Source: an uncultured Solirubrobacterales bacterium
GTDB lineage: Bacteria; Actinomycetota; Thermoleophilia; Solirubrobacterales; 70-9
Assembly (NCBI GenBank): GCA_963839875.1
Contig: CAWIWP010000004.1
Coordinates: 86,664-150,663, forward strand
DNA length: 64,000 bases
Direction of reading: 5' to 3'
A program made the translations under genes and the position numbers. The notes below the pieces were generated by a model. That model was not told the origin of the DNA. It worked only from the letters and a program-made list of their open reading frames with translations, and did no database searches. The number at the start of each line of letters is the position of its first letter. Position 1 is the first letter of the stretch. This document shows, piece after piece, positions 42,896 to 51,995 of the stretch.

Positions 42896-43894
42896 ATGAG
42901 CGAGATGACCACCGAAGACACGAACGGCGCCAACGGAAGCGGCAACGGCGAGGCCGAGCTGGTCACCGAGGACGAGGCCCTCTCGGTCCTGATGGACGCC
43001 GACATCGACAAGGTGATGGGCGGCCTGGACCGCATCATCGAGGCGGCCCCCTCCTACGAGAAGCTCTTCATGCGCTGGCAGCGCCAGCAGTGGTCCACCG
43101 AGGACTTCGACTTCACCGAGGACGCAAAGCAGTGGGCGGACCCGGATCTGATCAACGAGGAGGAGCGCCGTTTCATCCTCTTCGGCTGGTCCCAGTTCTT
43201 TCTCGGCGAGGAGCGCGTCACCGTCGAGCTGCTCCCGTTCGCCATGGCCGCGCCGACCCACGAGGCACAGGCGTTCCTGACGACCCAGATCTCGGACGAG
43301 GCCAAGCACATGGTCTTCTTCGACCGGTTCTACCGCGAGGTGCTCGGGATGAAGGCCGACGGGATCGGCGAGATGCTCGGCACGCAGCGCAACAACGTCA
43401 ACGAGAAGTGGGAGGAGCTCTTCGACGGCATCCTCCACGAATGCGCCGAGAACCTGCGCAAGGACCCGAGCGACTTCGCGTCGCTCGTTCGAGGCATCAC
43501 CGTCTACATGATCGTGATCGAGGGCACGCTCGCACTCACCGGTGCCCGCTTCATGATCCGGGCCCTGAAGGAGCGCGAATGGATGCCGGGCTTCACCGCC
43601 GGCTTCACCGCGGTCAACCGCGACGAGTCGCGCCACGTCGGCTTCGGCGTCAAGTTCCTGGCCGACGCCATCAAGGACGATCCGGCGAACGCGAAGATCG
43701 TCGAGGAGACCCTGCAGGAGGCCCTGCCCGTGGCGAGCCTCGTGTTCGTGCCGCCGTGGGTCGAGGACCCCTACAACTTCTCGACCCCCTTCTACGAGTC
43801 GAGTGAGATCTTCGCGTACTCGCTCAAAGCGCTCTCGAAGAAGCTGGCCGCGATGGGACTCGACCCGGCGATGCTCACCGGCGCCGAGGCGTAG
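42896..43894 (+). CDS. Ferritin-like di-metal carboxylate protein of the ribonucleotide-reductase R2 / R2-like ligand-binding oxidase superfamily
   Basis: 332-aa ORF. AGGAG 4 nt upstream. ExxH pairs QISDEAKHMVFF and NRDESRHVGFG. Bridging Glu residues in FFLGEERV and MIVIEGTLAL. Confidence 0.7.
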   Translation: MSEMTTEDTNGANGSGNGEAELVTEDEALSVLMDADIDKVMGGLDRIIEAAPSYEKLFMRWQRQQWSTEDFDFTEDAKQWADPDLINEEERRFILFGWSQFFLGEERVTVELLPFAMAAPTHEAQAFLTTQISDEAKHMVFFDRFYREVLGMKADGIGEMLGTQRNNVNEKWEELFDGILHECAENLRKDPSDFASLVRGITVYMIVIEGTLALTGARFMIRALKEREWMPGFTAGFTAVNRDESRHVGFGVKFLADAIKDDPANAKIVEETLQEALPVASLVFVPPWVEDPYNFSTPFYESSEIFAYSLKALSKKLAAMGLDPAMLTGAEA

Positions 43895-43900
43895 GCGAAA

Positions 43901-44524
43901 GTGTCCCCTGAGCCGGCAATTGTCCCCGCGAAGCGGGGGCGGCCCTCCACGGGCGCGCGGGAGCGCATCCTGGCTGCTGCGACCGAGACCATGAAGTCCG
44001 ACGGTTACGCCGGCCTGACCGTGGCCAAGGTCGCGGCGCGGGCCGGCGAGTCGAAGGCGCTGATCAACTACCACTACGGCTCGAAGCAGGGCCTCGTCGA
44101 CGCGGTCGGCCGCGACCTGGCCGAGACGATCACCCAGCGGGTGCTCGCGAGAATCGAGGACACGGGGACGGTCGAGGACCTGACGCGGGGCATCGCCCTG
44201 GCGATCGACGAGATCGCCGACGAGGACCCGCGCATCCCGCGCCTCTACTTCGACCTCGCCGCGGTCTCGGTCGTCGACCCGGCGGTGCGATCGACGATCC
44301 AGGAGATCAACGGCGTCTGGCGCGAGGTCGTGCACGAGCGCCTCAGCGCCGCTCCGGACGGGCCGCGCCCCCGCGACGTGCCCGCTCTCGCGCTGCTGAT
44401 CATGACCGGCGTTCAGGGACTGGCGCTGGAGCGGGTCGAGCGCGAGCCCGGCCCCGCGTACAAGCAGGCGCGCGAGATGTTCGTGCGCGCCGCCGCCCAC
44501 GCGGCGAAGCACCCCCGCGGCTGA
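43901..44524 (+). CDS. TetR-family transcriptional regulator
   Basis: GRPSTGARERILAAATETMKSDGYAGLTVAKVAARAGESKALINYHYGSKQGL is a TetR N-terminal HTH. Confidence 0.9.
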   Translation: MSPEPAIVPAKRGRPSTGARERILAAATETMKSDGYAGLTVAKVAARAGESKALINYHYGSKQGLVDAVGRDLAETITQRVLARIEDTGTVEDLTRGIALAIDEIADEDPRIPRLYFDLAAVSVVDPAVRSTIQEINGVWREVVHERLSAAPDGPRPRDVPALALLIMTGVQGLALERVEREPGPAYKQAREMFVRAAAHAAKHPRG

Positions 44525-44546
44525 GGGCGGAAACCGCCTTCCTAGG

Positions 44547-44960
44547 GTGTGCGGGATGGCCCGCACGAACCCGGAGCTGGCGAGAAAGGCCTTCGCCGCG
44601 TTCAACGAGAGCGGCACGGAGGCGATGCTCGAGTACCTGCGTGAGGACTTCGTGATGACGACTCCGGCGGAGGTCGCGGCGGAGCCCGGCGTCTACAGGG
44701 GGCACGACGGGGTCCGCGAGTACTGGGATTCCTTCTTCGAGGTGATGGAGGTCATCCGTCCCGAGCCGGTCCGCTTTCACGAGAGCGGCGACTGGCTCCT
44801 GATCGAGCTGGAGGTCTACGTCCGCGGCAAGGGCAGCGGGGTCTCCGCCGAGCAGATGGCCTACGCCGCGATGCGGGTGGAGGACGGCAAGGCGGCCGAG
44901 CTGACCTTCTTCCAGACCCTCGACGACGGACTGGAAGCGATCGGCGCGACCCAGAGCTAG
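44547..44960 (+). CDS. NTF2/SnoaL-like small protein
   Basis: 137-aa ORF (alternative ATG at 44556). NPELARKAFAAFNESGTEAMLEYLREDFVM...YRGHDGVREYWDSFFEV. Confidence 0.6.
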   Translation: MCGMARTNPELARKAFAAFNESGTEAMLEYLREDFVMTTPAEVAAEPGVYRGHDGVREYWDSFFEVMEVIRPEPVRFHESGDWLLIELEVYVRGKGSGVSAEQMAYAAMRVEDGKAAELTFFQTLDDGLEAIGATQS

Positions 44961-45622
44961 GACTGGCGTTCTGCCGGGGCGATGGAGGCGAGCCGGCGCT
45001 CGACCTCGGAGGCGGCCAGGGCGCCCTCGCGCAGCACGCTCCATCCGCCGCCGGCGTCGATCCCCGTCACGTCCACGACCGTGGACGGCTCACCCCCCAG
45101 CTCTCCGCCGTCGATCGCAAGGTCCGCTCCGTCGAGGATCGCGGGCCTGATCTCCTCGAAGCGATGTGGCGGGGGCTCGCCGCTGCGGTTGGCCGAGGTC
45201 TGGAAGAGGGGCCTCATGAAGCCCGCGAGCGGCGAATCGGTGATCAGCCGCACCCCGAGCCGTCCCGGATCCTCGCGGCACGCCAGCGGATAGCGCCCCT
45301 CGGGGTTGGCGACCACGAGCGTCACCGGACCGGGGAGCAGCGCCGCCACGGCCTCGCCGGCCACCGGGCCGAGTCCACCCAACAGCTCGCGCATCGCGAG
45401 CGGCGAGAAGTACAGGACCGCCGAGGGCTTGCCGTCGTCGCGCCCCTTGAGTGCCTGGATCCGCTCCACTGCGTCCGCGTTCAGCGGATCGCACGCGAGG
45501 CCGTAGAGGGTGTCGGCCGGGAAGACGGCGACGCCCCCGTCGCCGATCGCCCGGTCGAGCGCAGCGCGCGCGGCCTCAGCCCCCTCCCTCTGCGCCGAGA
45601 CGATCTGGGTCATGGGCGCCAT
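44957..45622 (-). CDS. tsaC: L-threonylcarbamoyladenylate synthase (YrdC/Sua5 family, short form)
   Basis: 221-aa ORF. VAVFPADTLYGLACDP, KGRDDGKPSAVL, LFQTSANRSGEPP, STVVDV. Lies in the position of Rv1301 in the mycobacterial cluster. Confidence 0.85.
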   Translation of the reverse strand: MAPMTQIVSAQREGAEAARAALDRAIGDGGVAVFPADTLYGLACDPLNADAVERIQALKGRDDGKPSAVLYFSPLAMRELLGGLGPVAGEAVAALLPGPVTLVVANPEGRYPLACREDPGRLGVRLITDSPLAGFMRPLFQTSANRSGEPPPHRFEEIRPAILDGADLAIDGGELGGEPSTVVDVTGIDAGGGWSVLREGALAASEVERRLASIAPAERQS

Positions 45623-45637
45623 GTCAAGGACCCACCA

Positions 45638-46483
45638 TCATGAGCGCGCCAGGACCACGCGCTCGATCCCGGCGAGATCGCGCCGAAGCTCGACGCTCTC
45701 GCACCCGGCCGAGCGCGCGAGCTCCGCCACCGCCTCTGCCTGACCCACGCCGACCTCGAGCGCGATCGCCGCGGGCCCGGCGCCGGAGGCGGCGATCGCG
45801 TCGCGAAGCTCCTCGAAGGCCTCCATCCCGGTCGGCCCGGGCACCAGCGCCCCGCGCGGCTCGAACTCACGGATCTCGGGCTCGAGCCCCTCCCACTCCG
45901 CCTCGGTGACGTAGGGCAGGTTCGCCACCAGCAGGTCGAACGGGCCGCGCTCTGCCGGATAGCTCGCCTCGATCACCTCGACGCGGCCGGCGAGGCCCAA
46001 CCGCTCGGCATTCCCGCTCGCGGCCTCGACCGCGGCGGCCGAGGTGTCGGTCGCGACGACCCTCGCCTCGGGCAGCTCGTCGGCGACCGCCAGCGCGACG
46101 GCCCCGGAGCCGGTGCCGACGTCCACGACCCGTGATGGCTCCCCTTCGGGCAGCAGCTCCAGCGCGACCTCGACCAGGAGCTCGGTCTCGGGCCGCGGGA
46201 TCAATACACGCGGGTCCACCGCGAGCTCGATCCGCCGAAAGCCCTTGCGGCCCAGGATGTAGGCGACCGGCTCGCGCTGGACGCGGCGGCGGACCATCGT
46301 CGCGAACTCCCGGCCGGCCCCCTTCGGCAGCGTGGCTTCAGGCTCGGCCGCAAGGCGAGCGCGGTCGAAGCCGCTCGCCTCGGCGAGCAGCAGCTCGGCG
46401 TCGAGGCGCGGCGTGTCGGATCCGGCTGCGGCGATCGCGTCGGCAGCTCCCTCGAGCGCGTCGCGAACCGCCGCACCCACCAT
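45638..46483 (-). CDS. prmC: Release-factor glutamine N5-methyltransferase PrmC/HemK
   Basis: 281-aa ORF. PVAYILGRKGFRRIEL, LIPRPETE, SAM motif VVDVGTGSGAVALA, catalytic loop LLVANLPYV (NLPY instead of the canonical NPPY). Confidence 0.9.
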   Translation of the reverse strand: MVGAAVRDALEGAADAIAAAGSDTPRLDAELLLAEASGFDRARLAAEPEATLPKGAGREFATMVRRRVQREPVAYILGRKGFRRIELAVDPRVLIPRPETELLVEVALELLPEGEPSRVVDVGTGSGAVALAVADELPEARVVATDTSAAAVEAASGNAERLGLAGRVEVIEASYPAERGPFDLLVANLPYVTEAEWEGLEPEIREFEPRGALVPGPTGMEAFEELRDAIAASGAGPAAIALEVGVGQAEAVAELARSAGCESVELRRDLAGIERVVLARS

Positions 46484-46510
46484 CAGTCAGCCCCCATCAG
46501 GGAACCACCG

Positions 46511-47581
46511 TCAGGATCCGTCGGCCTGGGCCTCGAGCCGCAGGCGCTTCTCCTCGGCCGAGAGCGCCTCGGTGAACTCGCTCAGGTCGCCGCCCAGCAC
46601 CCGCTCGATGTTGCTGGCGGTGACCTTGACCCTGTGGTCGGTGATCCGGTCCTGGGGAAAGTTGTAGGTGCGGATCTTCTCGGCGCGCTGGCCGGTCCCG
46701 ACCTGCGCCTTGCGCTCCGAGGCCTCCTTCGCGTGCTGCTCGGCGAGCTGGTGCTCGAGCAGCCTGGCCCGGAGCACTCGCATCGCCCTCTCCTTGTTCT
46801 GGAGCTGGGACTTCTCGTCCTGCATCGAGACGACGATGCCGGTCGGCTTGTGAGTGAGGCGCACGGCCGAGTCGGTGGTGTTCACGGATTGCCCGCCGGG
46901 GCCCGACGAGCGATAGGTGTCGGTCTCGATGTCGCCCGGGTTGATCTGCAGGTCGACCTCCTCGGCCTCGGGCAGCACCGCGACCGTCGCGGTCGAGGTG
47001 TGGATCCGCCCCTGGGACTCAGTCTTCGGGACCCGCTGGACGCGGTGTGTCCCGCCCTCGTACTTGAAGACGGAGTAGGCGCCGTCGCCCTTGATCCCGA
47101 ACGTCGCCTCCTTGAACCCGCCCACGTCGGCGGGCGAGGACGAGAGGCTCTCGGTCGAGAAGCCTCGGTCCTCGGCGTAGCGGGTGAGCATCTTGTAGAG
47201 GTCGCCCGCGAACAGCGCCGCCTCGTCCCCCCCGGTCCCCGCGCGCACCTCGACGATCACGTTCTTGTCGTCGTTCGGGTCGCGCTCGACCATCGCCAGC
47301 CTGATCTCCTCGCCAAGCTCCTCCAGGCGCGCGGGTGCGTCGGCGACCACCTTCTTGAGCTCGGGGTCGTCGCCGTCCTCCTCCAGCAGCTCTCGCGCGC
47401 CCTCGAGGTCGTCGGCCAGGGTCAGGTACTCCGAAGCGAGCTGGTGGGCGCCAGAGAGCTGCTGGTACTCGCGCCCGACCTCCGCATAGCGCTCGCGGTC
47501 CCCGATCACCTCGGGATCCGACATCAGCCCCTCGAGCTCCGCATGGCGGGCCTCGACCTGCGAGATCAGCTCGTCGATCAT
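46511..47581 (-). CDS. prfA: Peptide chain release factor 1
   Basis: 356-aa intact [27 protein letters not shown] (PxT tripeptide), [20 protein letters not shown]. Confidence 0.97.
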   Translation of the reverse strand: MIDELISQVEARHAELEGLMSDPEVIGDRERYAEVGREYQQLSGAHQLASEYLTLADDLEGARELLEEDGDDPELKKVVADAPARLEELGEEIRLAMVERDPNDDKNVIVEVRAGTGGDEAALFAGDLYKMLTRYAEDRGFSTESLSSSPADVGGFKEATFGIKGDGAYSVFKYEGGTHRVQRVPKTESQGRIHTSTATVAVLPEAEEVDLQINPGDIETDTYRSSGPGGQSVNTTDSAVRLTHKPTGIVVSMQDEKSQLQNKERAMRVLRARLLEHQLAEQHAKEASERKAQVGTGQRAEKIRTYNFPQDRITDHRVKVTASNIERVLGGDLSEFTEALSAEEKRLRLEAQADGS

Positions 47582-47596
47582 GCGGCAAGCGTAGGA

Positions 47597-48220
47597 CTAC
47601 GAGGCCAGGCCGTCGAGAACGCTGTGGAGGGCCGCGCCCATCTCCTTACGGGCGCGAGCCTCGTCCTCCGCGTCGCCCACGTACTGCGCCGCGGTGATCA
47701 AGGCGCCGAGCAGCAGGTGGGCGAGCGGCTCGACCGGCTGGCGTTCGATCTGCCCGGCCTCCATCGCCACGGTCAGGCCCGCCGTCAGGAGGCCGAGGCC
47801 GTGGCGCTCCTCGACCTCGCGCCACTCCTCGTAGCCGAGGACCGACGGGGCGTCCTGAAGCGCGATCCTCTGCACGTCGGACTCGAGGCTGGCGTCGAGC
47901 ACCGCGTCTACGCCGCCGTGCAGCACCCCGATCGCGTCGCCGGACTCGAGGCCCTCGACGGAGATCCCGGCCACCAGCTCGGCCTCGATCTGCTCGAAGA
48001 CGGCCTTGAAGAGCTCGCGCTTGCCCCCGAACTGGTGGTAGAGCGCTCCGCGGGTCAGCCCCGAGCTGCTGACTATCTGCCCGGTCGAGACCCCCGCGTA
48101 CCCGTGCTCGGCGAAGAGCTTGCGGCCGGCGGCGAGCAGCGCCGTCCGGGTCGCGTCGCTGCGCTCGGCCTGGGTCCGGCGCGGCTGTGTGCGCGGTGTC
48201 ACCGTCTCACTGCTTGACAT
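47597..48220 (-). CDS. TetR-family transcriptional regulator
   Basis: RTQAERSDATRTALLAAGRKLFAEHGYAGVSTGQIVSSSGLTRGALYHQFGGKRELF. Divergent from the hydrolase gene. Confidence 0.9.
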   Translation of the reverse strand: MSSSETVTPRTQPRRTQAERSDATRTALLAAGRKLFAEHGYAGVSTGQIVSSSGLTRGALYHQFGGKRELFKAVFEQIEAELVAGISVEGLESGDAIGVLHGGVDAVLDASLESDVQRIALQDAPSVLGYEEWREVEERHGLGLLTAGLTVAMEAGQIERQPVEPLAHLLLGALITAAQYVGDAEDEARARKEMGAALHSVLDGLAS

Positions 48221-48232
48221 TGCAGACAGATT

Positions 48233-48249
48233 GTATGTAAGTTACATAC
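48233..48249. promoter_or_regulatory. Perfect 8-1-8 palindrome GTATGTAA-G-TTACATAC, candidate TetR operator in the divergent promoter region
   Basis: Read directly. The reverse complement differs only at the central base. It lies in an AT-rich island between the TetR start (48220) and the hydrolase start (48314), downstream of TTGACA at 48214-48219. Confidence 0.55.
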
Positions 48250-48313
48250 CACCTGTATGAATCCTACGGAGCCCACCGGTCGAACCGGGGCGGCTCCCCC
48301 GAGAGGAGCTGCG

Positions 48314-49190
48314 ATGACGGCGACGGAGAGCACGATGGACGCCAGCGGCGTGACCTGGACCGAGTCCGACATCGAGACCAGCGCGGGAGTCGTCCACTGC
48401 CGCGAGGCCGGCTCGGGGCCGCCGATCCTGTTCGTCCACGGCGCCCTGGTGGACAGCGCCCTCTGGGATCGGCGTGGCCGAGCGCCTGGCTCCGAAGTTC
48501 CGGGTGATCCTGCCGGACCTGCCGCTCGGCTCCCACCGGACGCCGATGAAGCCGGACGCCGGCCTCTCCCCTCCGCGCGTCGCGAGCCTGGTCGGAGAGC
48601 TGATCGAGCGGACGGAGGCTCGCGGCGTCACCCTCGTCGGCAACGACTCCGGCGGCGCGATCAGCCAGATGCTGGTGACCACCGACCCGACCGGAATCGA
48701 CCGCCTCGTCCTGACCAACTGCGACGCGTTCGACAAGTTCCCGCCCGGACACTTCGGCCCGATGTTCCGCGCCGCCCGGTACGCGCCCGTCCTCTGGCTG
48801 ATCGCCCAGTCCATGCGGCCGCGCATGCTGGCCCGGTCCCCCCTCGCCTTCGGAATGCTCAGCAAGACCCGGATACCCGACGAGCTGATCGACCGCTGGA
48901 CACGGCCGTCACTCGAATCGGCCGAGATCAGGCGCGACTTCCGGACGCTGCTGAAGGGCCTCTCCCCCGACCAGACGATGGAGGCCGCGCGCAAGCTGCC
49001 CGAGTTCGACCGGCCGACGCTGTTCGCGTGGGGCGCCGACGACAAGCTGTTCAAGCTGGACTTCGCGGAGCGCCTCGCGGCGCCGATGAAGGACGCGCGG
49101 GTCGTCCCGATCGACGACGCGAGCACTTTCGTGATGCTCGACCAGCCCGACCGCCTCGCGAAGGAGATCGCGGCTTTCGCGAGCTCCTAG
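48314..49190 (+). pseudogene. Alpha/beta-fold hydrolase, one frameshift near 48468
   Basis: GAGAGGAG SD, then MTATESTMDASGVTWTESDIETSAGVVHCREAGSGPPILFVHGALVDSALWDR. After an extra base: VAERLAPKFRVILPDLPLGSH...VTLVGNDSGGAISQ (nucleophile elbow GxSxG)...LFAWGADDKLF (ORF 48474..49190). Confidence 0.85.
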
Positions 49191-49208
49191 CGCCCTGGCA
49201 ACGGGGAC

Positions 49209-50204
49209 CTAGGCCACGACCTCGATGCGCTCGCGCGGCTCGGTCGATGCCGGGTCCTCCGTGGCCAGCACCTCCTGGAGCGAGCGGATCGCCACCTGGA
49301 GCTGGTCGCGGTCGGGCTCGCGCGTGGTCAGGTTCTGGAGCATCAGCCCGGGCCACATCAGCGCGCGCACCCAGCGCCGGCGGCGGTTGCGGCCGGCCCA
49401 CTTGATGACTTCATATGAGAGGCCCGCGATCAGCGGGATCCCGAGGACGCGCGAGGCGACCAGCCAGTACCAGGCCGGCAGCCCGATCGGGGCGAGCACG
49501 AAGACGGCGAGGACCATGACGATCAGCAGGAAGCTGGTCCCGCAACGGGGGTGGAGCCGCGAGTAGAGCTCGGCCCGCTCGGGGACTAGCTCGTCGCCGG
49601 CCTCGTAGGCCGAGATCGTCTTGTGCTCGGCGCCGTGGTACTCGAAGACCCGGCGCAGGTCGGGGAGCCGGCTGATCGCGACGATGTAGCCGATGAAGAT
49701 GAGCGTTCTCAGGACGCCCTCGACGAGCCAGAAGAGGAACGCCGAGCCGAGCTCGTCCTTGATCAGGCTCGTCGCGGCCACCGGAACCACGAAGAAGAGG
49801 GTGATCGCGAGGAGCAGCGAGCCGGTCACGGTCAGCGCCCAGACCCAGCCGCCGATCTCCTGCTTCTCCCCGGTCTCGTCCTCCGGCTCGCGGACGTTGA
49901 CCGATATGGCCATCGCCCGGAACCCGATCTTCAGCGACTCCACCAGCGCGACGACGCCGCGGATCACCGGCAGGCGCAGCACGCGGTGGCGCTTGGCCCA
50001 CGAGACGATGGGCTCGGAGGTGACGTCGATCTCCCCGTCGGGCGTGCGGACCGCGACCGCCCAGGTGGAGACCCCGCGCATCATCACGCCCTCCATCACG
50101 GCCTGGCCTCCGACCGGGGCGTCGCGGACGGCGACCAGCCGCCCGTCGGGCATGCGCTCGGCCTGGGCTGCGTTCAGCTCCGGGGCGCCGTCCGGCCCCG
50201 CCAC
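49209..50204 (-). CDS. DUF1385-family membrane protein (commonly linked to rpmE/prfA/prmC)
   Basis: 331-aa intact ORF. GGQAVMEGVMMRG, FEYHGAEHKTI, RLHPRCGTSFLL, YEVIKWAG. Confidence 0.75.
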   Translation of the reverse strand: MAGPDGAPELNAAQAERMPDGRLVAVRDAPVGGQAVMEGVMMRGVSTWAVAVRTPDGEIDVTSEPIVSWAKRHRVLRLPVIRGVVALVESLKIGFRAMAISVNVREPEDETGEKQEIGGWVWALTVTGSLLLAITLFFVVPVAATSLIKDELGSAFLFWLVEGVLRTLIFIGYIVAISRLPDLRRVFEYHGAEHKTISAYEAGDELVPERAELYSRLHPRCGTSFLLIVMVLAVFVLAPIGLPAWYWLVASRVLGIPLIAGLSYEVIKWAGRNRRRRWVRALMWPGLMLQNLTTREPDRDQLQVAIRSLQEVLATEDPASTEPRERIEVVA

Positions 50205-50214
50205 GCGGCTGTTC

Positions 50215-50433
50215 CTACTTCTTGGCCGCGCTGCTGCTCTTGGCGGCGCGGCGGCGGAAGCGCTCGACGCGCCCGCCGGTGTCGACCAGCTTCTGCTTGC
50301 CCGTGTAGAACGGGTGGCACGCCGAGCAGAGCTCGACGTGGAGCTCGGACTTGGTCGAGCGGGTGTAGAAGTCGTTGCCGCACGAACAGTGGACGTGCGA
50401 GAGGACGTACTCGGGATGGATCTCGGTCTTCAC
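50215..50433 (-). CDS. rpmE: 50S ribosomal protein L31 (Cys-containing type)
   Basis: [65 protein letters not shown] at 50431-50433. This is the tail of listed ORF 50215..51117. Confidence 0.92.
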   Translation of the reverse strand: MKTEIHPEYVLSHVHCSCGNDFYTRSTKSELHVELCSACHPFYTGKQKLVDTGGRVERFRRRAAKSSSAAKK

Positions 50434-50550
50434 ACCAGAGATTCTAGCCGCGGAATCCCGCTCGCCGATCCCGTCACCGTCACACGCTTCGCTCCGACCT
50501 TCGTGCGGAGAGTTGCGAATTTTCCGTAGCTCGCGTTTAGTCTTCGCTTC

Positions 50551-51195
50551 ATGGCGCCCAAGGCAGGTGGCGAGATCTCGGTCGTTCTGGCAGACGACCA
50601 TGCGGTCGTCCGCGCCGCGCTGCGGATGCTGCTCGAAACCGAGGGCGGCATCCAGGTGGTCGCCGAGGCCCACGACGCCGCTTCGGCAGTCCGCTTCGCC
50701 GCGGGGCACAAGCCCGGGGTGCTGATCCTCGACATCAACATGCCCGGTGGATCCGGCCTCGCCGCGATCCCCGAGATCCGCGAGGCCTCGCCCGAGACCA
50801 GGATCGTGATGCTGACGATGCAGGAGGAGACCTCGTCGGCGCGCGAGGCGCTGCAGGCCGGGGTCCTCGGCTACATCCTCAAGGAGGCCGCCAGCGACGA
50901 GCTCGTCAAGGCCGTTCGCCTGGCGGCGGAAGGGAAGACCTACCTCCAGCCGGAGCTGGGCGCCCGCCTGGCAGCCGAGCCCGAGTCCGCCGCACCCGAC
51001 GACCTGAGCGACCGCGAGACCGAGGTCCTCCGCCTGATCGCCCTCGGGCACACCAACAACGAGATCGCCGAGAACCTGTTCCTCAGCGTGCGCACCGTCG
51101 AGTCGCATCGCGCCCACATCCAGCAGAAGCTCGGCCTGACGAGCCGATCCGAGCTGGTCCGCTACGCGATCGACCGCGGGGTCATCGAGGTCTAG
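50551..51195 (+). CDS. NarL/LuxR-family response regulator
   Basis: 214-aa ORF. Receiver [11 protein letters not shown]...[13 protein letters not shown]...MLTM...KEA. Lux[48 protein letters not shown]. Confidence 0.93.
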   Translation: MAPKAGGEISVVLADDHAVVRAALRMLLETEGGIQVVAEAHDAASAVRFAAGHKPGVLILDINMPGGSGLAAIPEIREASPETRIVMLTMQEETSSAREALQAGVLGYILKEAASDELVKAVRLAAEGKTYLQPELGARLAAEPESAAPDDLSDRETEVLRLIALGHTNNEIAENLFLSVRTVESHRAHIQQKLGLTSRSELVRYAIDRGVIEV

Positions 51196-51200
51196 CCGAC

Positions 51201-51428
51201 CTAGGCGACTTCGCGCATCTCGGAGATCGTCGAACGCAGGGTCCCGATCTCTGCGTCGATCTGGCGCAGGCAGGCCGCGGCAGCACGCTCCAGCGTCTGA
51301 GGGTCATGATCGGACGCGGACTCGAGCAGCAACTTCATCGCCGCCAGGCCCTGAAGCGGGCCGTCCTGGATGTCGTCGGCCCAGCGGCGCGCCGCCAGGT
51401 ACTCATCGTGGAGGTGGTCCGGTCGCAT
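51201..51428 (-). CDS. Stand-alone HisKA_3-like dimerisation (DHp) domain protein with Gln at the phospho-acceptor position
   Basis: 75-aa ORF bounded upstream by an in-frame TAG. High GC3. [61 protein letters not shown] aligns by eye with the HisKA_3 consensus (R.RIAR-D/E-LHD..xQ.L...dpe...l..i...a...l.e.R.li..lr). IQD replaces LHD. No ATPase domain follows. No clear SD. Confidence 0.55.
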   Translation of the reverse strand: MRPDHLHDEYLAARRWADDIQDGPLQGLAAMKLLLESASDHDPQTLERAAAACLRQIDAEIGTLRSTISEMREVA

Positions 51429-51563
51429 GATGGGCCGAGAGTAAGGTCCCAGGCGTGGACATTCATCGGGGGCACCACGGATTTGATGTGCGGGGAACTA
51501 CTGATACCGAGAGGCAGGTCGGCGGCCGGTTAGTTCGCCGTCGCTGCGGGTAGGCGAGCCGGG

Positions 51564-51977
51564 ATGACGCACTCCACTGCCCCCCGACGCCGCCTGGTCG
51601 CGCTCTGCGCGGCCGCATTCGCCGCGATCGCCCTGCTGGGCGCCTGCGGGACCACCGACGAGGACGAGAACACAGGGAACGTCGAGACCCAGACCACGCC
51701 GGCCGAGCAGGTCGAGGAGCAGCCCCTCGACGCCGAGTCGGAGAAGGGCCGCGACCTGTTCGTGGACAACTGCGGCACCTGCCACACCCTCGACGCCGCC
51801 GGCACCAACGGCTCCATCGGCCCGAACCTGGACGAAGCCCAGGTCGACGAGGCCGAGGTCCTCGAGGTCATCGCCAACGGCGGGCGGGGCAGCGGCAACA
51901 TGCCGGCCAACCTGGTCACCGGAGCAGACGCGCAGGCGGTTGCGAAGTTCGTGGCCGAGTCCGGCCCAGGCACCTAG
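51564..51977 (+). CDS. Class I c-type cytochrome, probable lipoprotein
   Basis: 137-aa ORF. Signal peptide plus lipobox-like LLGAC. Haem motif CGTCH. Distal Met in GSGNMPA. Confidence 0.85.
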   Translation: MTHSTAPRRRLVALCAAAFAAIALLGACGTTDEDENTGNVETQTTPAEQVEEQPLDAESEKGRDLFVDNCGTCHTLDAAGTNGSIGPNLDEAQVDEAEVLEVIANGGRGSGNMPANLVTGADAQAVAKFVAESGPGT

Positions 51978-51995
51978 CTCCCGCACCAACCCGCA

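Noticed and set aside
42896-44960. The two TetR cassettes (42896..44960 and 47597..49190) as mobile elements.
   Set aside because: There is no transposase, integrase, flanking inverted or direct repeats, or tRNA target. Base composition by eye matches the flanks.
50434-50550. tRNA or other structured RNA gene in the larger intergenic gaps (50434..50550, 51429..51563, 59335..59441, 40342..40429, 8277..8355).
   Set aside because: I found no cloverleaf-compatible arms or T-loop-like GGTTCGA motif by eye. The gaps look like divergent or upstream promoter regions. I cannot run a covariance-model search, so small RNAs are not excluded.
51429-51563. Remnant of a full-length histidine kinase upstream of the 75-aa DHp-only ORF.
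   Set aside because: An in-frame TAG lies 23 codons upstream. The other two frames of the 135-nt gap show no kinase-like or TM-like peptide. The next gene is a divergent cytochrome c.
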